Assembly (NCBI GenBank): GCA_965217585.1
Contig: OZ244561.1
Span: 4,800,001 to 4,864,000, forward strand
DNA length: 64,000 bases
From: Candidatus Latescibacterota bacterium
GTDB lineage: Bacteria; Latescibacterota; UBA2968; UBA8231
Reading direction: 5' to 3'
Shown here: one piece after another, positions 36,680-47,323 of the stretch
Numbering within the stretch: position 1 is the first letter of the stretch
How the letters are laid out: each line of letters starts with the position of its first letter
Notes under the pieces: model-generated
Told to the model about the DNA's origin: nothing
What the model saw: only the letters and a program-made list of their open reading frames with translations
Databases searched by the model: none
Translations under genes and position numbers: made by a program

Positions 36680-37728
36680 ATCCAGCCGTGCTGGATGGTC
36701 ACAGGCGCGCCGGAACTCTGGGTCTGCCAATGCGGCCTGCGGCCTATTTTGACCTCGCGGCGGGTGAGGGACGAGGCTTCGGCGGCGAAGAGGATTTCCA
36801 TGATGTGCCGCCCGTATTGGCCGTGGGTCGGCGGCTCGATATTGAGCGCGATGGCCTCGGCAAAACTCTTCCACTCGTGGTACATCTCGGTCGGCGCGTC
36901 CTCAAAAGGGACGTCTTCCCACGTATCGCCCTGGCCTACTTTGACGTATTTCTCGCCGTGCTGACTGAAGCGCAGCGAGCCGTTGGCGCAAATCACTTGG
37001 CATTCAAAATTCGGCGCTCCGTCGGCGTAGCCTATGGCTACAGCCGTGCCGGCGAGGCCGTTCTTGTAGCGGATAAAGGCCGTGGCCGAATCGTCGCCGG
37101 CTTGGTAGTGAGCGCGGGTGCCGATGGAGGCCGAGACCGACGCGGCTTGCGAAGCCATCACCCACGTGAGCCGGTCGACGACGTGGACGCCATTGGTCAA
37201 CCACATGCCGCCGCCGTGGAAGCGACTGCGGTACTGGGGCCGCCGCCCGGCGAAATTCCAGTTTTTCGACATGTAGCTGACCGCCGTAATCACCGGGCCG
37301 AGCTGGCCGGAGTCGAGGATTTCCTTGGCCTTGAGGCTGGTGCTGTAAAAGTGCTGCGACAGCCCGACCATCAGCTTGACATTGTTTTCGGCAGCGGCGG
37401 CGACCATGGCGTCGCATTGCTCTAGGCTGATGGCCATGGGCTTTTCGACGAGCACGTGCTTGCCGGCGCGGCAGGCATCGATGGTGAGCTGGTGGTGGAG
37501 TTGGTGCCCGAGCACGACGGCGACCGCATCGACATCGGCAGCGGCCAAGAGTTCGTGGTGGGTTGGATAGCCCTTGGGGATGTGGTACTTGCCCATGTAC
37601 TCGCGCCGCTTCTCCTCGAACAGATCGGCGACCGCGACGACTTCTACTTGGTCGAGCTGGGCGATTGAATCGCAGTGAGAGCGGGCGATGCCGCCGAGGC
37701 CAATGATGCCGACTTTGAGAGCTGCCAT
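36676..37728 (-). CDS. Gfo/Idh/MocA oxidoreductase
   Basis: GLGGIA, GKHVLVEKP, GGG..NGVH..D. Confidence 0.93.
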   Translation of the reverse strand: MAALKVGIIGLGGIARSHCDSIAQLDQVEVVAVADLFEEKRREYMGKYHIPKGYPTHHELLAAADVDAVAVVLGHQLHHQLTIDACRAGKHVLVEKPMAISLEQCDAMVAAAAENNVKLMVGLSQHFYSTSLKAKEILDSGQLGPVITAVSYMSKNWNFAGRRPQYRSRFHGGGMWLTNGVHVVDRLTWVMASQAASVSASIGTRAHYQAGDDSATAFIRYKNGLAGTAVAIGYADGAPNFECQVICANGSLRFSQHGEKYVKVGQGDTWEDVPFEDAPTEMYHEWKSFAEAIALNIEPPTHGQYGRHIMEILFAAEASSLTRREVKIGRRPHWQTQSSGAPVTIQHGWM

Positions 37729-37839
37729 TATGGTATCCTTTGGTGTGAATGTAAGGTGCGCTAAGTATAGGCGGCGGCTTGGTAGGCGACAAATCGCCGC
37801 CTATTTGCGCCGATATACACAATGTCCTAAGATGCTCTG

Positions 37840-39783
37840 ATGCCCGGTAATTTTACCTATCGCTCGTTCGCTTTTGGGGCCTTGCTGTCGCTGGCGATCA
37901 ACGTGTTTTTCGCCTATGCGCGGCTGGCGATGGCCACCGCGGGCATGTCCTCCGATTACATCACCGCCGGAGCGGTTTTCCTGTTCTTCCTGGTGGTGGC
38001 GTTTTTCAATCCCGCGCTCAAGCTGCTTCGCCGTTCTTGGGGCTTTAACCGCTCCGAGTTGATTATCATCTACGCGATGATGATCATCGGTTCTGCCATT
38101 CCCACGTGGGGTTTTACGGGCAATTTGATCGCCATGTTGCCCAATATCTACTACTATGCCACCCCCGAGAACAACTGGTCGGAGCTGCTGCATCCCTACG
38201 TCCGCGAGTGGATGGTGCCGCAGGACCCAGACGCGATTAAGTACTTCTTCGAGGGCCTGCCCAAGGGGCAGCCCATCCCCTGGGAACACTGGATGGTGCC
38301 GCTTGCGGCTTGGGTCTCGTTTATTCTGTCGATCTACCTGATGATGATTGCCATCGCGTCGATAGTCCGCCGCCAGTGGGTTGACTACGACCGCTTGACC
38401 TTTCCGCTGTTGCAGCTACCCATCGACCTGACCGAAGAAGGCAAGAGCGGGTCCATCGTCGTCCCGCTGTTCAAAAGGCCGCTTTTGTGGATCGGGTTCG
38501 CGCTGCCCTTGGTGCTGTACAGCACCAACGCCTTACACCACTATTTCCCCTTCATCCCGGCGGTGCAGTTGCGCCACAGCATCTCGCTGTTTAACAACGC
38601 GCTGGGGCTGACGACCAACGTGAACTTTGTGGCGCTGGGACTGGCGTACTTTTTGAGCTTAGACGTGGGGTTGAGCATCTGGCTCTTCCACTTGCTGACC
38701 AAAGCGCAGATGACCACTGAGAATATCCTCGGCTATTCGCTGCCCGGTCGCCGCGACTTGTTTATGGAAGGCTCGCTGCCGGTGTCCTACGAGGGGATGG
38801 GGGCCATGCTGGTGCTGGTGATCTACGGGCTGTGGAACAGCCGCGGCTATCTGCGGCGGGTCTGGCGCAAAGCCCTGTACAACGAGGGGGAATTGGACGA
38901 TTCGCAGGAGATTCTTTCGTATCGGGCGGCGATCGTCGTCTTGGTCTTGGCCAGCGCGTATGCCACCGGCTGGCTGACCTTATCGGGCGTGCCGTGGTGG
39001 GTCTCGCTGTTTTTTCTGTTTGTCGCCTTTTGCATCTTCTACGGGTTGACGCGGATCGTCGCCGAGGGCGGGTTGGGTTTTGCGCGGGCGCAGATGACGG
39101 CGCAGCCGTTTGTGATTGACGCGGTGGGCACGGAGGCGATCGGTCCGTCGGGGCTGGTGAGCTTGGGGATGACCTTTAGCTGGGCGGGCGATTTGCGGAC
39201 CATGGTGATGGTCTCGGCGATCAATGGTCTCAAGCTAGCCGATATTGGCCAAGTGCGGGGACGGCCGCTGTTTTGGGCACTGATGCTCTCGATTGTGGTC
39301 GGCTTGGCTGGTTCGGTGTGGATGGTGGTGTGGATGGGATACCAGTACGGGGGCATCAATTTGGACTGGTGGTTCTACAACCGCTTCGGCGAGATCGTCC
39401 ACGGCGACTCGGCCTACAAGATCGCCAACCCCAAGCATCCCCTAGGCGACTTCGACGAGATCGGGCCGCGCTTTTTATTCGCGGGGATCGGCGCGGGGAT
39501 CATGGGGCTGTTGATGTTCGCCCGGCATCATTTTCTCTGGTGGCCGGTGCATTACCTCGGCTTCCCCATCGGCGCGACCCTGACGATCATCTGGACGTGG
39601 TTCAGCATTTTCATCGGCTGGGTCTTGAAGGCGCTGGTGCTTAAATACGGCGGCGTGACGCTCTATAGACAGCTACGGCCGCTGTTTTTGGGGTTGATTT
39701 TGGGGCATATTTTCGTCTCGGGATTCTGGGTGCTTTTCGACTATATCACCGGGGAGACCGGCAATCGGATTCCGATTTTTTGA
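37840..39783 (+). CDS. DUF6785/DUF6784-type multi-pass membrane protein (putative transporter)
   Basis: YYATPENNW, RQW...RL.FPL, R..AE.G, WWPVH.LG, LKYGG. Confidence 0.75.
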   Translation: MPGNFTYRSFAFGALLSLAINVFFAYARLAMATAGMSSDYITAGAVFLFFLVVAFFNPALKLLRRSWGFNRSELIIIYAMMIIGSAIPTWGFTGNLIAMLPNIYYYATPENNWSELLHPYVREWMVPQDPDAIKYFFEGLPKGQPIPWEHWMVPLAAWVSFILSIYLMMIAIASIVRRQWVDYDRLTFPLLQLPIDLTEEGKSGSIVVPLFKRPLLWIGFALPLVLYSTNALHHYFPFIPAVQLRHSISLFNNALGLTTNVNFVALGLAYFLSLDVGLSIWLFHLLTKAQMTTENILGYSLPGRRDLFMEGSLPVSYEGMGAMLVLVIYGLWNSRGYLRRVWRKALYNEGELDDSQEILSYRAAIVVLVLASAYATGWLTLSGVPWWVSLFFLFVAFCIFYGLTRIVAEGGLGFARAQMTAQPFVIDAVGTEAIGPSGLVSLGMTFSWAGDLRTMVMVSAINGLKLADIGQVRGRPLFWALMLSIVVGLAGSVWMVVWMGYQYGGINLDWWFYNRFGEIVHGDSAYKIANPKHPLGDFDEIGPRFLFAGIGAGIMGLLMFARHHFLWWPVHYLGFPIGATLTIIWTWFSIFIGWVLKALVLKYGGVTLYRQLRPLFLGLILGHIFVSGFWVLFDYITGETGNRIPIF

Positions 39784-39796
39784 GGAGGAAAAACCA

Positions 39797-40825
39797 ATGC
39801 GAGCAGGAGATAAAGAAAAAATTGGGTCGCACGGCTTGGAGGTAACGCGCTTGGGGCTGGGTGGCACGACCTTTGGCAACATGTACTCGGTGCTAAGCGA
39901 ACAGGAGGGGCTGGACGTACTGGACGCGGCCTTTGCGGCCGGGGTGCGCTACTTCGACACTGCGCCGCTGTATGGCTACGGCCTGAGCGAGACGCGCTTG
40001 GGGCCGGGGCTGGCGCGCTACGACCGCGACGAGATGGTCCTGTCCTCAAAAGTGGGCTATACGCTGGTGGAGCGGAGACCCGGCGACGACTATGTCGATC
40101 TGTTCGTCGATGCGCCCGAGATGACTAGCTATTTCGACTACTCGCGCGACGCGGTGCTGCGCTCGATTGAGGGGAGTTTAGAGCGGCTCAAAATGGATCG
40201 CCTCGATATGGTACTGATCCACGACCCGGACGAGGCGAGGAGCATTGAGCCGGATTGGACGCCGGGCGAGCGGGGGTACTTCGATCAAGTGATGGCCGAA
40301 ACGTATCCAGTGCTCGACGAGCTGCGTCAGCAACAGGTGATCAAGGCGCTCGGCTTGGGCATGAACCAGTGGCAGATGCTGGCCGATTTCGCCCGCGCCG
40401 GGGACTTCGACGCCTTTTTGCTAGCTGGCCGCTATACACTGCTGGAGCAGGAATCGCTGCGCGAGTTGTTGCCGCTGTGCTTGGAGAAGGGAGTGCGGAT
40501 CGTCATTGGCGGGCCGTACAACTCGGGGATTTTGGCTACTGGGGCGGTCGATGGTGCGTATTACAACTACGCGCCCGCGCCGGAAGATGTGTTGGCGAAG
40601 GTGCGCCGCATCGAGGCGGTCTGCGCTCGGCACGAGGTGCCCTTGCCCGCGGCGGCGCTGCAATTCCCCTTTGGGCATCCGGCGGTGGCGACCGTCATTC
40701 CCGGGGCGCGGACCGTCGCGGAAGTTGCCGCCAATGTGGCCTGCCTAGCGCGCGCAATCCCCGCCGACTGCTGGGCCGAGCTTAAACGGGAGGGGCTGAT
40801 CGACGCGGAGGCTCCGACGCCTTAG
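39797..40825 (+). CDS. Aldo/keto reductase (D-threo-aldose 1-dehydrogenase-like)
   Basis: FDTAPLYG.GLSE, SSKVG, FDYS.D, IHDPD, LAGRYTLLEQ. Confidence 0.9.
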   Translation: MRAGDKEKIGSHGLEVTRLGLGGTTFGNMYSVLSEQEGLDVLDAAFAAGVRYFDTAPLYGYGLSETRLGPGLARYDRDEMVLSSKVGYTLVERRPGDDYVDLFVDAPEMTSYFDYSRDAVLRSIEGSLERLKMDRLDMVLIHDPDEARSIEPDWTPGERGYFDQVMAETYPVLDELRQQQVIKALGLGMNQWQMLADFARAGDFDAFLLAGRYTLLEQESLRELLPLCLEKGVRIVIGGPYNSGILATGAVDGAYYNYAPAPEDVLAKVRRIEAVCARHEVPLPAAALQFPFGHPAVATVIPGARTVAEVAANVACLARAIPADCWAELKREGLIDAEAPTP

Positions 40826-40972
40826 ATCCGCAGATGGACGCAGATGGACGCAGAATAGTAGAGACAAGACGATCCGCCTCTCGAATCGTTCAATCATTCA
40901 GGATTGCTCTAGGAGCCGCTGCAAACTATCCCCTTTTGGCCTAATCTACATTCACACCGAGGAGTAATCACA

Positions 40973-43456
40973 ATGTCCAATTGGCCGATGCTCAAGCACT
41001 ACGATCGGGATCATCTCGCCAGCATTGCCATGCCCATTGGCGGCATTGGCACGGGCACAATTTCACTGGGCGGACGCGGGGATTTGCGCGACTGGGAACT
41101 GATGAACCGCCCGGCCAAGGGATTTGTCCCAAGGGGCGAGGTGGGCCGAGGAGCTGGGCCATTTTTTGCCCTGTACGCCAAACCCGCTGGCGGCCCATCC
41201 GTCACCCGGGCGCTCGAAGGACCGGTGGATGTAGCCGAATACCAGGGTGCGAGCGGCAGTGTGGCGGTCAATCACGGCTTGCCGCGCTTTGCACGATGTG
41301 CGTTTGCCGCAGCCTATCCACTTGCACAGGTCCAGCTGTCCGATCCGCAGGTTCCGGTCGCGGTTTGTCTCGAAGCGTTTAACCCGCTTATTCCCGCCAA
41401 CGCCGATGACAGCGGCATCCCCATCGCGGTGCTGCGCTATACGCTCACCAATCGGACCAACAAGCGCGTCGCGGCCTCGGTATGCGGTTCGCTGCCCAAT
41501 TTCATTGGCAACGATGGCGTCGAAGAGTTGGCCCAGGCCAATCGCAATCGCTTTCGCCAGGCAACGCACTGTCAGGGCATTTTCATGGACAGCGAAGGGG
41601 TTGATCCCACCGCCATCAGTTATGGCACTATGGCTCTGACCACCACGGCCAAAACGGGTATTACCTATCGCACGGCTTGGAAAAAAGCTGGGTGGGGCAC
41701 GTCGCTGCTCGACTTTTGGGACGACTTTGCCGCCGATGGCCAAGTAGAAGAGCGCCCCGGCGCAGGGGCCGACATGCCGAGTGCCTCGCTCGTGGTGCGC
41801 ACCAACATTTTGCCCAAGGCACACAAGACCATAACCTTCTTGCTCACGTGGCACTTTCCCAATCGGCACACGTGGTCGCCGGGCGACGACCCCTACCTAG
41901 GCAACTACTATGCGACGCACTATGGCGATGCGTGGGACGTGGCCGGCAAAACCGCGCCGCGGCTCAAAAAGCTCGAACAACAGACCGTGCGCTTTGTCCA
42001 AGCCTTTGCGGCCAGCGACCTGCCCGAGGTAGTCAAGGAAGCCGCCCTTTTCAATCTCAGCACCCTGCGGACGCAAACGTGCTTCCGCACCCCCGATGGA
42101 CGTCTATTTGGCTGGGAGGGATACAACGATCACAGCGGCTGCTGTATGGGCTCTTGTACGCATGTGTGGAATTACGAACAAAGTACGGCGTTCCTCTTTG
42201 GCGATCTGGCCCGCACGATGCGCGATACCGAATTCAATCACGCCACCGACGACCAAGGCATGATGAACTTTCGCGTCCATCTGCCCCTCAATCGCGCCCA
42301 AGAATTTGGCAAAGCCGCGGCCGACGGTCAGATGGGCTGTATTATGAAAGCCTATCGCGACTGGCAGCTTTGCGGCGACGATGCCTTCCTCCAAGCGATT
42401 TGGGCCAAGGTCAAAAAGGCCCTTGAATTTTGCTGGATCGAAGGGGGGTGGGACGGCGATGGCGACGGTGTTATGGAGGGCTGTCAGCACAATACCATGG
42501 ATGTCGAATACTACGGCCCTAATCCACAAATGGGGATATGGTATCTGGGGGCTTTGCGCGCCGGCGAGGAAATGGCGGACCATCTGGGCGAAGCCGAATT
42601 TGCCCAAACCTGCCGTCGGCTCTACCAGAGTGGCCGCGCCTACATCGACGAGCAATTGTTCAATGGCGAATACTACGAGCATCGCATTGAGCCAGCCAAA
42701 AAAGTGGCCGCATCGCTGCGGCTGGGTATGGGCGCGGCGGAACTTTCCGATCCAGATTACCAACTCGGCAGCGGTTGTCTGGTAGATCAACTCGTTGGCC
42801 AGTTTTTCGCCCACGTCTGCGGCTTGGGCTATCTGACCAAGCGCGCCCACGTGCGCCAAACCCTCAAGAGCATCCGCAAGTACAACCACCGCAAGAAGCT
42901 GACTGATCACTTCAACTGCATGCGCTCGTATGCCTTGGGCGATGAATCGGCCTTGCTCATGGCGAGCTATCCCCACGAGCGGCCCGACAATCCATTTCCC
43001 TATTTCACGGAGGTGATGACCGGGTTTGAATACACTGCGGCCATTGGCATGCTCTACGAGGGGCAGCTCAAAAACGGTCTGCAAACCATGCGCGACATTC
43101 GCAAGCGCTACGATGGGGCAAAACGCAGTCCCTTTGACGAAGCCGAATGCGGCCATCACTACGCCCGCGCCATGGTGGCTTGGGCCGGGGTGCTGGCGCT
43201 GACGGGGTTTAATTATTCGGGGGTTACAAAGTCCATCGCCTTTGCCGCGAAGCTCGGGACCTTTTTCTGGTCAAATGGTGCTGCTTGGGGCACGGTGTGC
43301 ATTGCCCAACGCCAGTCGGGCTATCGCATTGCCTTGGATGTTTTGTATGGGCAGATCAAAATTAAGCACTTTAGGCTGACCGGCGTGGGCGAGCACACCT
43401 TTGACCGGGAGCTCGTGCTGCGCGAGAATGGCCAACGGACCTTTGTCGTGGGATGA
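40973..43456 (+). CDS. GH116 glycoside hydrolase (non-lysosomal glucosylceramidase-like)
   Basis: PIGGIGTG, WEG, CTHVWNY, NTMD, DQLVGQ, EVMTGFEY, ECGHHY.R. Confidence 0.9.
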   Translation: MSNWPMLKHYDRDHLASIAMPIGGIGTGTISLGGRGDLRDWELMNRPAKGFVPRGEVGRGAGPFFALYAKPAGGPSVTRALEGPVDVAEYQGASGSVAVNHGLPRFARCAFAAAYPLAQVQLSDPQVPVAVCLEAFNPLIPANADDSGIPIAVLRYTLTNRTNKRVAASVCGSLPNFIGNDGVEELAQANRNRFRQATHCQGIFMDSEGVDPTAISYGTMALTTTAKTGITYRTAWKKAGWGTSLLDFWDDFAADGQVEERPGAGADMPSASLVVRTNILPKAHKTITFLLTWHFPNRHTWSPGDDPYLGNYYATHYGDAWDVAGKTAPRLKKLEQQTVRFVQAFAASDLPEVVKEAALFNLSTLRTQTCFRTPDGRLFGWEGYNDHSGCCMGSCTHVWNYEQSTAFLFGDLARTMRDTEFNHATDDQGMMNFRVHLPLNRAQEFGKAAADGQMGCIMKAYRDWQLCGDDAFLQAIWAKVKKALEFCWIEGGWDGDGDGVMEGCQHNTMDVEYYGPNPQMGIWYLGALRAGEEMADHLGEAEFAQTCRRLYQSGRAYIDEQLFNGEYYEHRIEPAKKVAASLRLGMGAAELSDPDYQLGSGCLVDQLVGQFFAHVCGLGYLTKRAHVRQTLKSIRKYNHRKKLTDHFNCMRSYALGDESALLMASYPHERPDNPFPYFTEVMTGFEYTAAIGMLYEGQLKNGLQTMRDIRKRYDGAKRSPFDEAECGHHYARAMVAWAGVLALTGFNYSGVTKSIAFAAKLGTFFWSNGAAWGTVCIAQRQSGYRIALDVLYGQIKIKHFRLTGVGEHTFDRELVLRENGQRTFVVG

Positions 43457-43470
43457 AAGGAGCATAAAAC

Positions 43471-44238
43471 ATGACGCGCTATACCCGCATCGGCCTGACT
43501 GGGGCCAACGGCACCATCGGCCGCGTGCTGCTAGCCGGCTTGGGGGCGGAGTACGAATTCAAGGCATTTACGCGCCGCCTGGTCGATTTTCCCTCCGCTA
43601 TAGTCAACTTCGACCGGCCCGCAGAGGTCAAGGGGGCCTTTGAGGGTCTGGAGGCCGTAATTCACATGGCTGCCGATCCCAGCCCAATGGCCTCTTGGGA
43701 GAGCGTGCGGGACCACAACCTCGAGGGCATGTACCAAGTGTTGGAAGAGTGCCGCCGATCCGGGGTCAAACGCTTGGTTTTTGCCTCGACCAATCACACC
43801 CAGCACGGCAATACTATTTTGACCACTCCTGAGACCTTAGATCCGACCAAGTCCATCCACATGCGCCTGGACGAGCCGCCTAATCCCGACTCCATGTACG
43901 CGGTCTCCAAGCTCTTTGGCGAACACATGGGTAAGCTGTACAGTCAGCGCTACGGCCTCGAATTCGTCGGTTTGCGCATCGGCTGGATCATTGCGGAGGA
44001 CGATCCGACCACCATGCGCGGCACCTCTGCCGAGGACTATATGCGGGCCATGTTCCTCAGCCACCGCGATTGCATTGAAGCCCATCGGCGTGCCTTGGAA
44101 GTGGACACCCAGTACCTGTTGGCCTATGTGGTCAGCGGCAACGGACGGCGTGTCTTTGACCTGGAGGCTACCGGGAAGGACCTGGGTTATGTGCCGCAAG
44201 ACGACGCCGAGGATTACTTTCGCCGAGTGGAAGGGTAG
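43471..44238 (+). CDS. NAD-dependent epimerase/dehydratase (uronate dehydrogenase-like)
   Basis: TGANGTIG, FASTNH, YAVSK, LRIG, LSHRD. Confidence 0.88.
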   Translation: MTRYTRIGLTGANGTIGRVLLAGLGAEYEFKAFTRRLVDFPSAIVNFDRPAEVKGAFEGLEAVIHMAADPSPMASWESVRDHNLEGMYQVLEECRRSGVKRLVFASTNHTQHGNTILTTPETLDPTKSIHMRLDEPPNPDSMYAVSKLFGEHMGKLYSQRYGLEFVGLRIGWIIAEDDPTTMRGTSAEDYMRAMFLSHRDCIEAHRRALEVDTQYLLAYVVSGNGRRVFDLEATGKDLGYVPQDDAEDYFRRVEG

Positions 44239-44326
44239 AACTGTGCAAGTGCACGATGCGACGTTAGTCTCAGGCACGCCATCCCGATGTTGGGCTTGGT
44301 TTAGCATGGTCTAATGAGCTGACCTT

Positions 44327-47185
44327 ATGAAGGCCATAATCGGGGGACTCATTGGGCTGATTGTAGTGGGCGGTGTCGGCGCGGAGCCGCCCGTAGAGGC
44401 ACTGAGGGGAAGCGCTCTTCCTCAAGGCTTTAGCTTGGGCCAGAATTATCCCAATCCCTTCAACCCCTCCACTATTATTCCCTACCAACTGTCGGCTTCT
44501 GCCCACGTGCGGTTAGAGGTGTTCAACCTACTAGGGCAGCGCATTGCGACGTTGGTGGATGGGCAACGGCTGGCTGGCGCTCATACCGCGATGTGGAATG
44601 CCACAGGTGCGGCGGGAGTCTATATCTATCGGCTGACGATGGGTGGGGCGAGTCTGGCCCGCCGAATGGTGCTGGTTGATGGGTTGGCTGGAGTTCCGAT
44701 CGGCAAGGCGGTAGCCCCGTTCACTGCCTCCCAGTCGCCGCCGGCTCCAGACTTGGTGGTTCAGCCGCCTTGGGTAAACCACAGCACCCAGAAAACAGGG
44801 CAACCCTTTAGGATAAAAGTCATAGTGCGCAACCAAGGAAACGGGGCGGCGGCCTCGACGACCTTGCGCTACTACCGCTCGACCAACGCGACGATCTCTG
44901 CAAAAGATAGTCTGGTAGGCACGGATGCCGTGGTCCGCCTAAACGCTTCGAGCAACAGTCCTGAGTCGATCGCCCTGAAGGCCCCGTGGATGGTAGGAAC
45001 TCATTACTACGGGGCGTGTGTAGATGCGGTGAGCGGAGAGAGCGACACCAGCAACAATTGTTCGGATGCCGTGCGTACTGAGGTGATTCCGATAGGAACC
45101 GGTGGTAGATCCGCCTTGGTGGCCCTGTACAACGCGACCGATGGACCCAACTGGAAGAACAACACCAACTGGCTGAGCAACACACCCCTTGCGGATTGGT
45201 ATGGCGTCACGGTTTCTAACTGGGAAGTGAGGGAACTGGACCTTTCCGACAATAAGTTGAGTGGGACCTTGCCATCCGAGTTGGGCGATTTGTCCTACCT
45301 GACGACGCTGTCTCTTCACTCCAATGCCCTCACGGGGACCTTGCCATCCGAGTTGGGTGATCTGTCCAACCTGCGCTACCTGTCTCTTCATACCAACGGT
45401 CTGACAGGTGCGCTGCCGTCGGCGTTGGGCGATTTGTCCAGCCTGCGCTATCTGTTTCTTGATACCAATGCTCTTACCGGCCCTGTGCCGTCGGCGTTGG
45501 GCGATTTGTCCAATCTTAAGGAGCTGCATCTCAACCAAAACGCGGGTCTAGCGGGAGTATTACCCCGTGCCCTTACCCGCCTCAGCCTCACGGATCTAAT
45601 ACTAGGTGGAACGCAGTTATGCACACCGTCAGACGACGAATTCCAGATGTGGCTACAGGGGATTCGGAATAGGCGCGTTTCCGTCTGCATCCGCAGCGAC
45701 GAGCCGCAGGCGTACCTGACGCAGGCGACGCAATCGCTGACGCATCCTGTACCACTAGTGGCCGGAGAGCCAGCTCTCTTACGCGTGTTCGTCACAGCAC
45801 ATCAGGACCTTGATGTCGGCATACCTCCGGTGCGTGCGACCTTCTATCGCAATGGCATTTGGGTGCATACCGCGGATATTCCAAATCGGCAAGGGGAGAT
45901 CCCTAGGGCCGTCGACGAGGGCGTGCTCTCGGCGTCGGTCAATGCGGAGATCCCTAGTTCGGTTGTGAGTCCGGGGTTGGAGATGATGGTCGAAATCGAT
46001 CCCGGTGGCATGTTGGACCCCGCCTTGGGCCTTGGTGGTCGCATACCCGAGACGGGCCGGATGGCTTTAGACGTGAGGGAAGTGCCACCGCTTGATCTGA
46101 CGCTTGTTCCCTTGCTCTGGGAGGAAGCCCCAGACCGTTCTATACTGGACGAAACCGAGGGCTTGTCGGCCGACGACGATCTGTTCTGGCCGGTGCGCGA
46201 TCTCTTGCCGGTGCGCGACTTTAGCCTGAGGGTGCGCAGACCCGTATGGACCTCGATGGATCCTGTGGCTGCCAACAGCGATGAACTACTCGCTGAGATC
46301 GCGGCGCTTCAGGTCTTGGATGGCGCGAGAGGATACTACATGGGCATCCTGCGGCACGGCGGTGGGAAAGCCCTGATCCCTGGAACCACGAGCGTATCGA
46401 TTCTCAACGGAACGACTATGGCGCACGAACTTGGGCACAACATGACGCTCAAGCATTCACCGTGTGGCAATGTGGACGCTGCCGACCGCCATTATCCCAA
46501 TAGAAACGGAACCATCGGCGCGTGGGGGTACAATTTCCGCACGCGGACCTTAGTACATCCCAACACCCCGGACTTGATGAGCTACTGCGGGCCCCGTTGG
46601 ATCAGCGACTACAACTTTAGCAAGGCACTCGAATACCGCCGTAGGAGGGAGCACAGCGCGGCGGCCAAGCCACCTGCCCCGACGACGACAATGTTGCTGT
46701 GGGGAAGAGTGGAGGCGAGCGGCGAACTTGTCCTCGAACCGGCGTTTGTGGTCAACGCCCCGCCGGTGCTGCCGCAGACGAGCGGTCCGTACCGGCTCAC
46801 AGGTGAAGGTTCCGATGGCAGCGAATTGTTCACTTTTGGTTTCGGCATGGCCGCGAGCACCGGTGGAGACGGAGGCGCTGCCTTTGCGTTTGCCCTCCCG
46901 GTACGACCGGAGTGGGCCGATGAGTTGGAGCGCATCACGCTTTCCGGTCCCAAAGGGGCGGTGACAATGGACGGCGAAGGGCCTCAGTCCGTCGCCATCC
47001 TACAAGACCCCTCCACTGGGCGTGTACGAGGCATTCTGCGAGACTGGCCAGAACCGGGGCCGGCTTTGCGGGCCGCGGCCGCACGGGAGGCATTAGCGGA
47101 ACCGAGCCTCGTCATAGTAAGTCGCGGCATCCCCGCCCCAGGCTCGTGGAGCGTCCTCTCGTCCTCCGAGGCTCCGACGCCTTGA
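44327..47185 (+). CDS. Secreted multidomain protein: FlgD/T9SS-A-like Ig, CARDB, LRR and M66-like metallopeptidase
   Basis: QNYPNPFNP, PDLVV..ESDTSNN, LxLxxNxLTGxLPSELGDL repeats, HELGHNMTLKH, DLMSY. Confidence 0.85.
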   Translation: MKAIIGGLIGLIVVGGVGAEPPVEALRGSALPQGFSLGQNYPNPFNPSTIIPYQLSASAHVRLEVFNLLGQRIATLVDGQRLAGAHTAMWNATGAAGVYIYRLTMGGASLARRMVLVDGLAGVPIGKAVAPFTASQSPPAPDLVVQPPWVNHSTQKTGQPFRIKVIVRNQGNGAAASTTLRYYRSTNATISAKDSLVGTDAVVRLNASSNSPESIALKAPWMVGTHYYGACVDAVSGESDTSNNCSDAVRTEVIPIGTGGRSALVALYNATDGPNWKNNTNWLSNTPLADWYGVTVSNWEVRELDLSDNKLSGTLPSELGDLSYLTTLSLHSNALTGTLPSELGDLSNLRYLSLHTNGLTGALPSALGDLSSLRYLFLDTNALTGPVPSALGDLSNLKELHLNQNAGLAGVLPRALTRLSLTDLILGGTQLCTPSDDEFQMWLQGIRNRRVSVCIRSDEPQAYLTQATQSLTHPVPLVAGEPALLRVFVTAHQDLDVGIPPVRATFYRNGIWVHTADIPNRQGEIPRAVDEGVLSASVNAEIPSSVVSPGLEMMVEIDPGGMLDPALGLGGRIPETGRMALDVREVPPLDLTLVPLLWEEAPDRSILDETEGLSADDDLFWPVRDLLPVRDFSLRVRRPVWTSMDPVAANSDELLAEIAALQVLDGARGYYMGILRHGGGKALIPGTTSVSILNGTTMAHELGHNMTLKHSPCGNVDAADRHYPNRNGTIGAWGYNFRTRTLVHPNTPDLMSYCGPRWISDYNFSKALEYRRRREHSAAAKPPAPTTTMLLWGRVEASGELVLEPAFVVNAPPVLPQTSGPYRLTGEGSDGSELFTFGFGMAASTGGDGGAAFAFALPVRPEWADELERITLSGPKGAVTMDGEGPQSVAILQDPSTGRVRGILRDWPEPGPALRAAAAREALAEPSLVIVSRGIPAPGSWSVLSSSEAPTP
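45235..45540 (+). repeat. 72-bp tandem repeats encoding 24-aa LRRs
   Basis: About 4 units, near-identical in pairs at the DNA level. Confidence 0.85.
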
Positions 47186-47323
47186 GCAATAGATTGATTG
47201 GACGTATTTTAAAACCGCTTACCAGCTCCTTGCGCCTGGGAAGCAACTCATCTCAACCTCGTCCTCTAAGTTGGCTGGATAACCTTCTAGTCAAACTTGG
47301 GGACTTAATTAGAAAGGAAAGGC

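Noticed and set aside
40829-40854. CGCAGATGGA tandem, about 2.5 copies
   Set aside because: Too short to assign a function from the sequence alone
45235-45540. 72-bp repeats as a CRISPR or non-coding array
   Set aside because: They are in-frame leucine-rich repeats
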